In this document: in pieces, positions 1 to 8,181 of the stretch
How positions within the stretch are numbered: the stretch's first letter is position 1
Layout: each line of letters opens with the position of its first letter
Virus record (IMG/VR): IMGVR_UViG_3300032295_003754
Direction: 5' to 3' (one strand)
DNA: 20,000 nt
Origin: an uncultured virus (IMG/VR IMGVR_UViG_3300032295_003754)
Taxonomy: Duplodnaviria > Heunggongvirae > Uroviricota > Caudoviricetes
The notes under the pieces: model-generated
Database searches by the model: none
Told to the model about the DNA's origin: nothing
What the model saw: only the letters and a program-made list of their open reading frames with translations
Made by a program: the position numbers and the translations under genes

Positions 1-450
1 GGTTATTTGAGGAGTGCACAATTCAATAAAGTTTTCCCTATCAGGTATTTCCCAAGTTGCACCATTGAAAACTGATAAACCATTAACAAGTTTCATATAA
101 TACTGAACGTGATAATTTGAATCGATACTCTTTAGTAATTTCTCAACCATTTCATCTGTAATGAATGGTCTAGCAGCATCATGAATGAGAATATTTTCAC
201 AATCATCGATAGTATCCAAAGCTTTGCTTATTGAATCAATCCTAGAATCTTTATCGTTTATCACAACCTCAGATTGAATCTTTGCAGCACAATCAGAGTT
301 AGTAACAACAACAACTCTATCAAGGTGCCGATATAAAACATCTATAGAATGTTGGATGATTGGTTTACCATCTATAAGACATAACTGTTTTGGCACATCC
401 GAACCAAATCTTGTAGATTTACCAGCTGCTAAAATGACACCTACATTCAT
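1..450 (-). CDS. ispD: IspD/TarI-family sugar-alcohol-phosphate cytidylyltransferase (partial, runs off the left end; absent from ORF track)
   Basis: Manual translation from ATG at 450: MNVGVILAAGKSTRFGSDVPKQL...ILIHDAARPF...CTPQ. LAAGxxxR, PKQ, HDAARP and TPQ are IspD/TarI signatures. IspD versus TarI cannot be resolved. Confidence 0.85.
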   Translation of the reverse strand, partial: MNVGVILAAGKSTRFGSDVPKQLCLIDGKPIIQHSIDVLYRHLDRVVVVTNSDCAAKIQSEVVINDKDSRIDSISKALDTIDDCENILIHDAARPFITDEMVEKLLKSIDSNYHVQYYMKLVNGLSVFNGATWEIPDRENFIELCTPQIT

Positions 451-494
451 ATAAATAAATATTATTTTTTTTTAAAAAGTTAAGAAATTATATT

Positions 495-502
495 TATATT
501 TG
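495..502 (+). promoter_or_regulatory. Bacteroidota-type -7 promoter element TATATTTG
   Basis: Matches TAnnTTTG; 7 nt before the uvrC ATG. Confidence 0.65.
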
Positions 503-509
503 TTACCAA

Positions 510-1778
510 ATGCACCCAGTATTAGAATCTAAAACAATACCAAAATCTGCCGGTTGTTACCTTTTCAAAAATGATAAGGAACAAGTAATCTATGTGGGTA
601 AATCAAAATATCTACCCAAAAGAGTTACATCCTACTTTCAGAAAAATCATGACGATATAAAAACTAGAACCTTAGTTGAAGCAATTAGGGATGTTGAGTT
701 TGTTATCTGTGAATCAGAATCAGAATCACTTGTAGTTGAAGAAAATCTAATCAAACTATATCAACCAAAGTTTAATATCCGAGGTAAAGATGATAAAACT
801 ATCAGACTACATCTTACCATTCTCAATGAACCATTCCCAAGATTAGAACTTGAAAGAGGAACTGAAAACTCTGTAAATGGTATTCACTTAGCTCAGTTCA
901 CATCAGGAATGCACGCAAGAGAGGTGTATGATTTATTACATAGAATATTTCCCCTCCGTAGTTGCTCCTATGATTTAAGTGAACAAAACTTAGAAACTAA
1001 AAAGTTCAAACCTTGTTTGGAATGGAGTATGGGTAATTGTTTAGCTCCTTGTCTTGGTGAACTTAAAAAAGTTATCTATACCAAATGGATTTCAGAGATA
1101 AAAGACATCTTTAATTTCAAACCACAAGCTGCTATGAAATCACTTGTTAGACTTAGAAACTACCATGCAAAAAAACTTGAGTTTGAAAAGTGTGCTCACA
1201 TTCAAGGAAGGGTCGAATCACTAAACCTCCTTATGAAAAAGTTAGAACCACTAAGACTTAATCGCACAAGAGATAATCTACAAGAGATTGGTAAGTTTTT
1301 AGGATTCAAAGAAACACCACTTATCATCGAATCATTTGATAACTCACATACATCAGGTCAAGATGGTGTTGCTTGTTCAGTTAGGTTTGTTATGGGTAAA
1401 CCAGAAAAATCTTCTTATAGAAAGTTTATTATCAAAGAAGCAAAAGTAGGTGATGACTATGCATCATTTGAAGAAGTCCTTGAAAGAAGATTTACAAGGA
1501 TTCTCAAAGAAGGTACACAACTACCTAATCTAGTTATTATGGATGGTGGTAAAGGACAGGTTAATGTGGCAAAGGAAATATTCAAACGGTTAAACTTAAA
1601 TATAGATTTGATTGGAATATCAAAAGACCATAGACATAAAGCTAGGATGTTGCATATGTCAAATGGTGAGACACTAGACCTTTTTAAGATTCCACACTTT
1701 GAAATATTTTCAAAAATATCAGAGGAAGTTCATAGATTTACAATTAAATTTCATAAACATAGAAGAGATAAGATATGA
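510..1778 (+). CDS. uvrC: UvrC-like excinuclease (GIY-YIG + Cys-rich + UVR + RNase H-like; no C-terminal HhH)
   Basis: GCYLF/IYVGKSK GIY-YIG, PKFNI, CxxxxxGNCLAPC, LEFEKCA, ESFDNSH, DDYASF, DGGKGQ, EVHRF. Confidence 0.92.
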   Translation: MHPVLESKTIPKSAGCYLFKNDKEQVIYVGKSKYLPKRVTSYFQKNHDDIKTRTLVEAIRDVEFVICESESESLVVEENLIKLYQPKFNIRGKDDKTIRLHLTILNEPFPRLELERGTENSVNGIHLAQFTSGMHAREVYDLLHRIFPLRSCSYDLSEQNLETKKFKPCLEWSMGNCLAPCLGELKKVIYTKWISEIKDIFNFKPQAAMKSLVRLRNYHAKKLEFEKCAHIQGRVESLNLLMKKLEPLRLNRTRDNLQEIGKFLGFKETPLIIESFDNSHTSGQDGVACSVRFVMGKPEKSSYRKFIIKEAKVGDDYASFEEVLERRFTRILKEGTQLPNLVIMDGGKGQVNVAKEIFKRLNLNIDLIGISKDHRHKARMLHMSNGETLDLFKIPHFEIFSKISEEVHRFTIKFHKHRRDKI

Positions 1779-2086
1779 GTATAGAGGTAAAAACTAAAAC
1801 TACTGGGTTTGGTTCACCAGCCGAAACCTATGTAGATAAACGATTAGACTTAAATGATTTAATACCCATGGATGTTATGACCACTTATTATTTTAAATAT
1901 GCTGGTGAAGATAAACATGGTGTAAGGTCAGGAGATATTCTTGTTGTAGATAAGTCAATAGATCCTGAAACAAATGATTTGGTCTTAACTAAATCAGATA
2001 AAATTAATTTGGAACAATTCAATAACCAACCTAATATATGGGGAACAATAACATGGACTTTAAGTCAAAAGAAAAGATTGCAATAA
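1775..2086 (+). CDS. umuD: UmuD-like (S24 family) protein, apparently lacking catalytic residues
   Basis: GFGSPAETYVDKRLDLNDLI matches the UmuD GFPSPA..Y....DLN motif; GDILVVDKS; IWGTITW; ATGA overlap with uvrC; directly upstream of umuC. Confidence 0.8.
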   Translation: MSIEVKTKTTGFGSPAETYVDKRLDLNDLIPMDVMTTYYFKYAGEDKHGVRSGDILVVDKSIDPETNDLVLTKSDKINLEQFNNQPNIWGTITWTLSQKKRLQ

Positions 2087-3240
2087 TTGACGCCAATAAT
2101 TTTTATTGCTCATGTGAAAGGGTTTTTCAACCCAAGTATGAGGGTGTAGCAACTGGCGTCCTATCAAACAATGATGGGTGTTTTATTGCCCGTAGTCAAG
2201 AGGTAAAGGATATGGGAATTAAAATGGGTCAACCAGTTTTCCAAGTGGAAAATGAAAAAAAGACCAAGATTAAAATGTTCTCCTCTAACTACGCTCTATA
2301 TGGTGATATGAGTGATAGGATTGTAAATCTACTAAAAAGACTTGTCCCAAGAGTTGAGGTTTATTCTATTGACGAATCCTTCCTTGACTTAACTCATATA
2401 CCGGAAGATAAAATATTAGAAGAGATTTCAAGTATCAAAAGAACTATACAAAAGTTAACTGGTATTCCAGTTTCAATTGGTGTAGCGCCTAATAAAACTT
2501 TGGCTAAACTATGTAACCACTTATCAAAGAAAGGTGATGGTGTTTGCTCTTATTGGCATATAGATAGGTCTAACCTTTACAACTTGGAGATTGATGAAGT
2601 CTGGGGTATTGGTAGAAAGTATAAAAAAAGACTCTTAAACATCGGTGTCAACACAGTGGATAAGTTTATGAAAATGGATCCTGCCCACGTTAGAAAGATG
2701 TTACACGTTACTGGTCTTAGGACTTGGAGTGAACTTAACGAATGGTTATGTCACCCAATACAAACTAAGTTTAAAGTTCCAAAGATGATTACTTGTTCAA
2801 GGAGTTTTGGTTCTACTGTATGGGAACCAGCTCAAGTTAAGAATGCTTTTTGGACCTTTCTTATGAACTGTCATAAAAAGTTAATAAAGGAAAGATTGGA
2901 GGTAACAAGGGTTAATTTATTTGCTACAACTAATAGGTTTGATGATAACTATTTTGTTTGGTCTATACAAGTTAGTTTAACAGAACAAACTGATAGTATT
3001 GATAAGATTTGGAATCAGATAGCACCATACCTTAGTGAAATGCCTGTAAGACTTTATTATAAAGCTGGTATAAATTTTATCAACTTAAAACCAAATAATC
3101 AAAGACAATTAGGTATATTTGTGGGTAGTGAAAATGAAATAGAAAAACCAAATGTTGACCATCAAAAGTGGCTTACAAGGAGGGAGTTTTTATCAAAGGA
3201 GTTTACTACAAGTTGGGATGATATACCATTAGCTTTTTAA
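2053..3240 (+). CDS. umuC: Y-family DNA polymerase V subunit UmuC (start at 2053 or 2038)
   Basis: IDANNFYCSCE, LSNNDGC, SSNYALYGDMS, YSIDESF, VWGIG, SRSFG, and UmuC-type C-terminal W..RR..LS..FTT.W.D. Confidence 0.93.
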   Translation: MDFKSKEKIAIIDANNFYCSCERVFQPKYEGVATGVLSNNDGCFIARSQEVKDMGIKMGQPVFQVENEKKTKIKMFSSNYALYGDMSDRIVNLLKRLVPRVEVYSIDESFLDLTHIPEDKILEEISSIKRTIQKLTGIPVSIGVAPNKTLAKLCNHLSKKGDGVCSYWHIDRSNLYNLEIDEVWGIGRKYKKRLLNIGVNTVDKFMKMDPAHVRKMLHVTGLRTWSELNEWLCHPIQTKFKVPKMITCSRSFGSTVWEPAQVKNAFWTFLMNCHKKLIKERLEVTRVNLFATTNRFDDNYFVWSIQVSLTEQTDSIDKIWNQIAPYLSEMPVRLYYKAGINFINLKPNNQRQLGIFVGSENEIEKPNVDHQKWLTRREFLSKEFTTSWDDIPLAF

Positions 3241-3243
3241 AAA

Positions 3244-3501
3244 ATGGAACTTAAAGAATACATACTAAAAACTGATTATGCCTTTTGGGGAAAAGGTGGT
3301 AGAAAGGTTCTATATTCAGCTGGTAGTAAACTATTAGTTGAAAAAGAAGTGCTATCAACAAATATTGGACAAGAATCAATTTATTATTACTGCTATTCCA
3401 AACCCAATGTTTTATTAGGATATTATGATGAAGAAGAGTTTTTTGAAATATTTATGAGTTTGGAGGAAGCAAGGGATAAAAAAATTAGCGATATTATTTA
3501 A
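3244..3501 (+). CDS. hypothetical protein
   Basis: 85-aa ORF starting 3 nt after the umuC stop. Confidence 0.7.
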   Translation: MELKEYILKTDYAFWGKGGRKVLYSAGSKLLVEKEVLSTNIGQESIYYYCYSKPNVLLGYYDEEEFFEIFMSLEEARDKKISDII

Positions 3502-3507
3502 TATATA
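3500..3507 (+). promoter_or_regulatory. AATATATA putative phage (late) promoter motif
   Basis: Recurrent intergenic motif upstream of gene starts. Confidence 0.5.
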
Positions 3508-3525
3508 AAAAAACCTAAATAATTT

Positions 3526-4245
3526 ATGAAACACCTAAAAATATTTGAAGATTTTGAAGCACAAGGAACTATCTATCCTGAGATACAAAAAATGATTGAT
3601 GGAAACGATTTCCTAAAAGGAAAGATTGTTGCTGATAAAAATACAGTATATGAGGCAGGCAACTTTATCATTCTTTTAGGAGACCTTTCCCACATCACAG
3701 ATGCTCACGTTGATGAAACTATTCCAGGTTCAAAGTTCAATAAAGGGGTTGATTTGAAAAAAGCTATCATTAATCTTGTATCAAATAATAAACCAAGTCA
3801 AATGACTGCGGGTTTTGGACCTTCTGAAAAAGAGGTTAGTGACCCGAAAGAAGCACAAAAGTTCAAATGGTTGGGATTAGATTCTAAAACAGATGTTGGT
3901 ATAGAGAATGTGCAAAAATCTGAACCAAATTCCGAAGAGTTCAAATCGATGAATGTTTATACATATAAAGATTCGAGAGGTAATGAATTCAAAATCAAAG
4001 TTAAAGAAGGTGAAGGTGAAAAAACTACTTTCCTTAGTTTTATAGGTGCTAAACTTGGTATGATTGGAGATAAGGTTGTTCTTTCTGTAATGACCGCTTT
4101 CCCTGGTAAGAATGCAGTTTCTATTGCTAATAGAAATGACTTTATTAAAAATGGATTTTATTTCACTACACAAAATAAAGAAGTCATCGAAAAGTCCCAA
4201 GGTTCTGTTTCAGAAAGTTTCAAAAGAATAAGAAAGTTCAAATAA
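3526..4245 (+). CDS. hypothetical protein with MKHLKxFE leader; possible toxin-like RNase domain
   Basis: N-terminus MKHLKIFEDF; HITDAH..GSKF and late TAFP motif. Confidence 0.8.
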   Translation: MKHLKIFEDFEAQGTIYPEIQKMIDGNDFLKGKIVADKNTVYEAGNFIILLGDLSHITDAHVDETIPGSKFNKGVDLKKAIINLVSNNKPSQMTAGFGPSEKEVSDPKEAQKFKWLGLDSKTDVGIENVQKSEPNSEEFKSMNVYTYKDSRGNEFKIKVKEGEGEKTTFLSFIGAKLGMIGDKVVLSVMTAFPGKNAVSIANRNDFIKNGFYFTTQNKEVIEKSQGSVSESFKRIRKFK

Positions 4246-4248
4246 AAT

Positions 4249-4275
4249 AAAAACTCTCTTTAAAGAGGGTTTTTT
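4249..4275. terminator. bidirectional intrinsic terminator
   Basis: aaaaactctctt-ta-aagagggtttttt inverted repeat between convergent units. Confidence 0.7.
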
Positions 4276-4289
4276 AATTTCAAATACTA

Positions 4290-4385
4290 TGAAAAAGTGA
4301 AAAACAGGAGTAGCGAATTCCTGTTTTTCTTATAGCCTAAACTATAACCGGTCCTAAATTGTGACACTCAAGTCACCGGTACATT
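4290..4385 (-). ncRNA. candidate structured non-coding RNA of unknown family
   Basis: Adjacent stems: 4299-4309/4319-4329 (11 bp), 4330-4335/4342-4347 (6 bp), and 4347-4351/4376-4380 enclosing 4362-4365/4372-4375. AATATATA motif on the minus strand at 4388-4395; no ORF. Confidence 0.45.
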
Positions 4386-4396
4386 CTTATATATTA

Positions 4397-4738
4397 TTAC
4401 ACAAATCCCTTATCACGAACTAAGTTGATAGCCTTAGCCCTTTCACCCTCCTTTTCTGGGTCCATATCATTCACGACATATCTAACTCCCCTTCCAATAC
4501 CAAGTAATAAATTATCAAACGGTATTTCAAAACGAATCAACTCTTTCAATGTGTGAACATAAAGTGAGTTTGGTCTGGCACTTGTTAAGATAATATGACT
4601 ACCTCTTTCCCTTTCTTGATTGAGGTAATCGAGTGTTGATTGAATAATTTCGGGTGTGGTTTCTTCATAAGTCCCGAACTTTCTATATTTGAATATAGTG
4701 CCGTCGATATCACAAAAAATTGTGTCTTGCTTTTCCAT
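4397..4738 (-). CDS. small HAD-superfamily phosphatase
   Basis: DIDGT motif I, LTSAR motif II, VVND motif IV. Confidence 0.8.
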   Translation of the reverse strand: MEKQDTIFCDIDGTIFKYRKFGTYEETTPEIIQSTLDYLNQERERGSHIILTSARPNSLYVHTLKELIRFEIPFDNLLLGIGRGVRYVVNDMDPEKEGERAKAINLVRDKGFV

Positions 4739-4747
4739 TAAAATCTT

Positions 4748-5131
4748 TTAAAGATTTTCCCTACAAAAGTTTTTAACTTCTTCAAAATCTTCCGCCATAT
4801 AGTACCTTATTAATCCGCCTTTCCTTTGTAGTTCCTCTGAAATGAATGCATCTGTTGTAAATCTTATTAGATAATATGGAGCATCATCCTTTGGTTCGAA
4901 TAGCTTTACAATTAAGAATTTTTTATTTGGTAGAACACCAAACATTTGAATTCTACCACCTTTTATTGTTGGTAAATATTTCAAAGTCCCACCAATTCTT
5001 ACAATCTCTTGAAATAGGTATGCTGGTATAGGAGTGTTTTCTGTCGCACTAAAATCACTATATTCTTTATCAGAAATTTCCTGTGGCATTCTATTTTGGA
5101 AGAAACTATTAAACTCTGTTAAATATAACAC
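4748..5131 (-). CDS. hypothetical protein (GTG start) with leader-like N-terminus
   Basis: MLYLTEFNSF; AATATATA at 5136-5143 on the minus strand; DD..YY/YY..ED pattern shared with the 13.8-18 kb paralogs. Confidence 0.7.
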   Translation of the reverse strand: MLYLTEFNSFFQNRMPQEISDKEYSDFSATENTPIPAYLFQEIVRIGGTLKYLPTIKGGRIQMFGVLPNKKFLIVKLFEPKDDAPYYLIRFTTDAFISEELQRKGGLIRYYMAEDFEEVKNFCRENL

Positions 5132-5160
5132 TTATTATATATTAAATTATATCAAATATT

Positions 5161-6120
5161 ATGTCAATATACTTAGTGCAATGTTCAGGATGTGATAAAG
5201 AAAAACAAACTATCGGTATTTCGAATTATATCAAAGTCCTTTTTTCTACATATAGAGTCAATTCTATAATAAACCCAGAAAAGTTCACTCCGTGTGTGAG
5301 TAAAACAACCTCTTGGTTGTATGACCAGTTCTATGAAAATAAAGAATATATCTATGAAGGTGAATGGAAGGAAGAAGGTGGATTAGCTTTCGATAATTGT
5401 TCCATGTTCCTAGATAATGCTTTATTTGCTTGGGAAGGTAGTAATAGACTTTACTATTTTAAAGAAAATATCCGTTATAATCTTCAAGCTGACCACCAAT
5501 CATATTTCCCCAATCAAGAGTGCACACATAGCACTTGTGGGTGGAAATTCTATGTAATGCCATCTGATAATATAAACTGTGAACCATTTCAAAATCAATT
5601 GATGGCTCGTGAACCTAACTCTATTGATTTGAAATATACTAATATTCCACAAAATATTAGAGATTTATATCTATCCATCATAGAGAAATTCCGAATAATC
5701 GAACCTATTAGAAATCATGTGAATAGTCAAGTAGAAAAGATAGGTGGTGATTATTTATCTGTTCATATCAGAACTTGGAATACATTTGGTAATTTGAGTG
5801 ACCAAAGGTCTTCAAATGATAGATATAATTGGTACCTATCTCAAAGAGATAACTTTGTAAACGCTATAAACAGAAATCCTTTGAAAAAATGTTTCATTTC
5901 AACGGATAATATGGACGAGATAAAACAACTTTTACCAAATATAATTGATAAGGAAATCTATTTTTATGAAAAAAACAGTGATTTAACCGATTTACAGAAT
6001 GACTTTTCTGAACTTTTAACACTTTCAAAGTGTAATTATTTTATCGGTTCCAACTTATCAACTTTCTCTGAACTCTCTTGGTGGTACGGAGGATGTAAAG
6101 CACCTGTTGAAATATATTAA
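5161..6120 (+). CDS. GT-B fucosyltransferase-like glycosyltransferase (NodZ/O-FucT-like)
   Basis: SVHIRT, FISTD and LSKCNYFIGSNLSTFS motifs typical of GDP-fucose-binding fucosyltransferases. Confidence 0.7.
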   Translation: MSIYLVQCSGCDKEKQTIGISNYIKVLFSTYRVNSIINPEKFTPCVSKTTSWLYDQFYENKEYIYEGEWKEEGGLAFDNCSMFLDNALFAWEGSNRLYYFKENIRYNLQADHQSYFPNQECTHSTCGWKFYVMPSDNINCEPFQNQLMAREPNSIDLKYTNIPQNIRDLYLSIIEKFRIIEPIRNHVNSQVEKIGGDYLSVHIRTWNTFGNLSDQRSSNDRYNWYLSQRDNFVNAINRNPLKKCFISTDNMDEIKQLLPNIIDKEIYFYEKNSDLTDLQNDFSELLTLSKCNYFIGSNLSTFSELSWWYGGCKAPVEIY

Positions 6121-6121
6121 T

Positions 6122-6156
6122 AAAAAAAGTGGGATTTTAGATCCCACTTTTTTTTT
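6122..6156 (+). terminator. intrinsic terminator
   Basis: aaaaaaagtgggat-tttag-atcccacttttttttt. Confidence 0.85.
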
Positions 6157-6175
6157 ATTTTCAAATTATTTTTTT

Positions 6176-6183
6176 TATATTTG
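6176..6183 (+). promoter_or_regulatory. Bacteroidota-type -7 promoter element TATATTTG
   Basis: TAnnTTTG after a terminator, 14 nt before ATG 6198. Confidence 0.6.
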
Positions 6184-6197
6184 TGAATAAATATACA

Positions 6198-6950
6198 ATG
6201 TACAAAAAAATAGAAGAGTTCTGCGGAGTTAAAAATAAAGGTAATGCAAACCAGAACGGCACCAAAATGCCCAATCGTGTAAAATGGATTAAGAAACTAT
6301 TAGAAACTGAAAATATCCCATTCGAGATTGACAGTTGGCAAAAAACAAAATCAAATTCTTTTTGGAATATTGTCCTACCAGGCACTGATGGAAAGTTTAT
6401 CACAGCTCACCATGATATCGTGAATGCTGAATCTGACAATGCAAATGATAATTCGGCATCAGTAATCAATGCCATTATGACTAAAGTAAACTCACCAAAT
6501 ACAACAGTGATTTTACTTGATGGTGAGGAGATTGGTGGAGTTGGTTCAGAAAGAGCAGCTAAGCAAATCAAAATGGGATATTGGGGTGAATGTGATTTTG
6601 TCTTGAACTACGAACTCACTGGTAGAGGTGGTAAATATTTTTTCGTCGGTGACTACGAACAGGAAATAACAGAAAAAATATTTAAACAATTTGGATGTCC
6701 AAAAGTAAAAACACCGTTTAACGATTCCGTAATCTTCCAAAAACATGGAATTAACTCAACTGTTATCAACCCTTTACCACCAACTAAAGACCCGAATAGT
6801 CAATCAAAACAAGTTTTGTGGAATGATGAAATCGTTCTCGATTATTCATTGTTATATAATTGTCATAGTATGTCAGATAGTTTGGAAACTATCGATATAT
6901 ATGATATGAAAGATTTTGTAGAAAATGTCGTCCTTGAAATACTAAAATAA
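6198..6950 (+). CDS. M28-family zinc metallopeptidase
   Basis: TAHHD, ANDNSASV, DGEEIGG, NYELTG and CHSMSD zinc-ligand motifs; start moved to ATG 6198. Confidence 0.85.
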   Translation: MYKKIEEFCGVKNKGNANQNGTKMPNRVKWIKKLLETENIPFEIDSWQKTKSNSFWNIVLPGTDGKFITAHHDIVNAESDNANDNSASVINAIMTKVNSPNTTVILLDGEEIGGVGSERAAKQIKMGYWGECDFVLNYELTGRGGKYFFVGDYEQEITEKIFKQFGCPKVKTPFNDSVIFQKHGINSTVINPLPPTKDPNSQSKQVLWNDEIVLDYSLLYNCHSMSDSLETIDIYDMKDFVENVVLEILK

Positions 6951-6960
6951 TATAAACCAT

Positions 6961-7371
6961 ATGAAAAAACTATTACTAACCCTCACACTATTTGCTTATT
7001 CATTTTTAGCAAATGCCCAACTCACACCAGTTAAACTAAGGTCAAGCCACTTTGCACAAAAACATACCAACTCTGATGGGTACTGGACTGATTTTAGTGA
7101 TTGGGCTAGTAGTGATATTTTAATTCTTGCTGAGCAAAATCGTGTCACAGTATATTCTGAAATCAAACAAGTTTATGATGTTATAGAACAAAAATCCGAA
7201 ACTGTTAAAGACAATACCAAAACTATTACCTATGATTGTTTAGATGAAAATGGTTCAAGATGTCATATGTCTTTTACTCACGTTTATAAAAATGGTGAGG
7301 TAACAGAATCCTATTTACATTTTTCCTTTTCAAACCTAGTTCTGGTTTATAAAATCTATAAACTCGACTAA
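6961..7371 (+). CDS. secreted/periplasmic hypothetical protein
   Basis: Sec signal MKKLLLTLTLFAYSFLANA|Q. Confidence 0.75.
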   Translation: MKKLLLTLTLFAYSFLANAQLTPVKLRSSHFAQKHTNSDGYWTDFSDWASSDILILAEQNRVTVYSEIKQVYDVIEQKSETVKDNTKTITYDCLDENGSRCHMSFTHVYKNGEVTESYLHFSFSNLVLVYKIYKLD

Positions 7372-7384
7372 AATATATACTACT

Positions 7385-7564
7385 ATGAAGGGGTTATTTT
7401 TTATTATAATATTTTTTTTAAGTTGCACTCCTCAAAAACCAAATGCAATTAGAAGAGCTGTCCCAAAAGTTGAGATTGATAAAAAGGATGGTAGAATAAA
7501 GGGCAGAGATAAGTTTGATAACAGAGATAGGGTGGAATATTTTAACGAAATACAACATAAGTAA
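7385..7564 (+). CDS. small putative lipoprotein (59 aa, not in ORF track)
   Basis: MKGLFFIIIFFLSC-TPQKPNAIRRAVPK...; lipobox-like LSC; AATATATA at 7372-7379; fills the intergenic gap. Confidence 0.65.
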   Translation: MKGLFFIIIFFLSCTPQKPNAIRRAVPKVEIDKKDGRIKGRDKFDNRDRVEYFNEIQHK

Positions 7565-7595
7565 TCAAAAAAATATAATAAGAAAAAAAAAGTTA

Positions 7596-7802
7596 ATGGA
7601 AAAACAAGTACAATCGAAAACAGCTATGATTCTAGTTTCTTTCTTTGTTGGAAATCTAGGCATTCATCGTTATTTGATGGGATATTCAAACTGGTGGTTA
7701 CAACTCCTCACCTTTGGTGGTTGTGGAATCTGGACCCTTGTAGACTTTATCAGAATCATCACTGGTGATATGAAAATGGCTGATGGTAGAGAACTTATCT
7801 AA
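7596..7802 (+). CDS. TM2-domain membrane protein
   Basis: SKTAMILVSFFVGNLGIHRYLMG...LLTFGGCGIWTLVD; start moved to ATG 7596. Confidence 0.85.
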   Translation: MEKQVQSKTAMILVSFFVGNLGIHRYLMGYSNWWLQLLTFGGCGIWTLVDFIRIITGDMKMADGRELI

Positions 7803-7807
7803 AAAAT

Positions 7808-7836
7808 AAAAAGTCAGTAAAATCTGACTTTTTTTT
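7808..7836 (+). terminator. intrinsic terminator
   Basis: aaaaagtcag-taaaat-ctgactttttttt. Confidence 0.8.
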
Positions 7837-7837
7837 G

Positions 7838-7845
7838 TATATTTG
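7838..7845 (+). promoter_or_regulatory. Bacteroidota-type -7 promoter element TATATTTG
   Basis: 4 nt before ATG 7850. Confidence 0.6.
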
Positions 7846-7849
7846 TATT

Positions 7850-8149
7850 ATGAGAAAACTAATCTTTTTCGGACTTTTTACATTCACATCTTGTATCTAT
7901 ACCGGGCCAATCCCACAACCAACTCCAATTTATAATACAGGTCCCTACTATTATTATCAAAATCCAGCACAGAGAGATTGTAGTTGCGGATATGTAAATT
8001 ACAAAGGTGTGGACCAATATGGTGTTTATTTTATTGATGTTCAGAATCAATGTTCAGGGAATATCAAAAGATTCACTTTTGAGAAATCAGATTGGGTGAA
8101 TTATGAAATTTCAGATCCAATCTGTATGACACAAAATTCTGCTTGGTAG
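7850..8149 (+). CDS. putative lipoprotein, Cys-containing
   Basis: MRKLIFFGLFTFTSC lipobox-like; CSCG, NQCSG, PIC. Confidence 0.7.
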   Translation: MRKLIFFGLFTFTSCIYTGPIPQPTPIYNTGPYYYYQNPAQRDCSCGYVNYKGVDQYGVYFIDVQNQCSGNIKRFTFEKSDWVNYEISDPICMTQNSAW

Positions 8150-8181
8150 AAACAATCCTCCCAATTTTCAATATAACCTAT

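Noticed and set aside
451..509. LexA/SOS box upstream of uvrC-umuDC
   Set aside because: No recognisable CTGT-N8-ACAG or GAAC-N4-GTTC palindrome; the region is simply AT-rich.
510..800. GIY-YIG homing endonuclease or intron
   Set aside because: The GIY-YIG domain is continuous with the other UvrC domains; no interrupted host gene.
4290..4385. tRNA, CRISPR repeat or hammerhead ribozyme as the identity of the hairpin cluster
   Set aside because: No cloverleaf or TTCRA T-loop, no repeat-spacer periodicity, and no CUGAnGA core seen.
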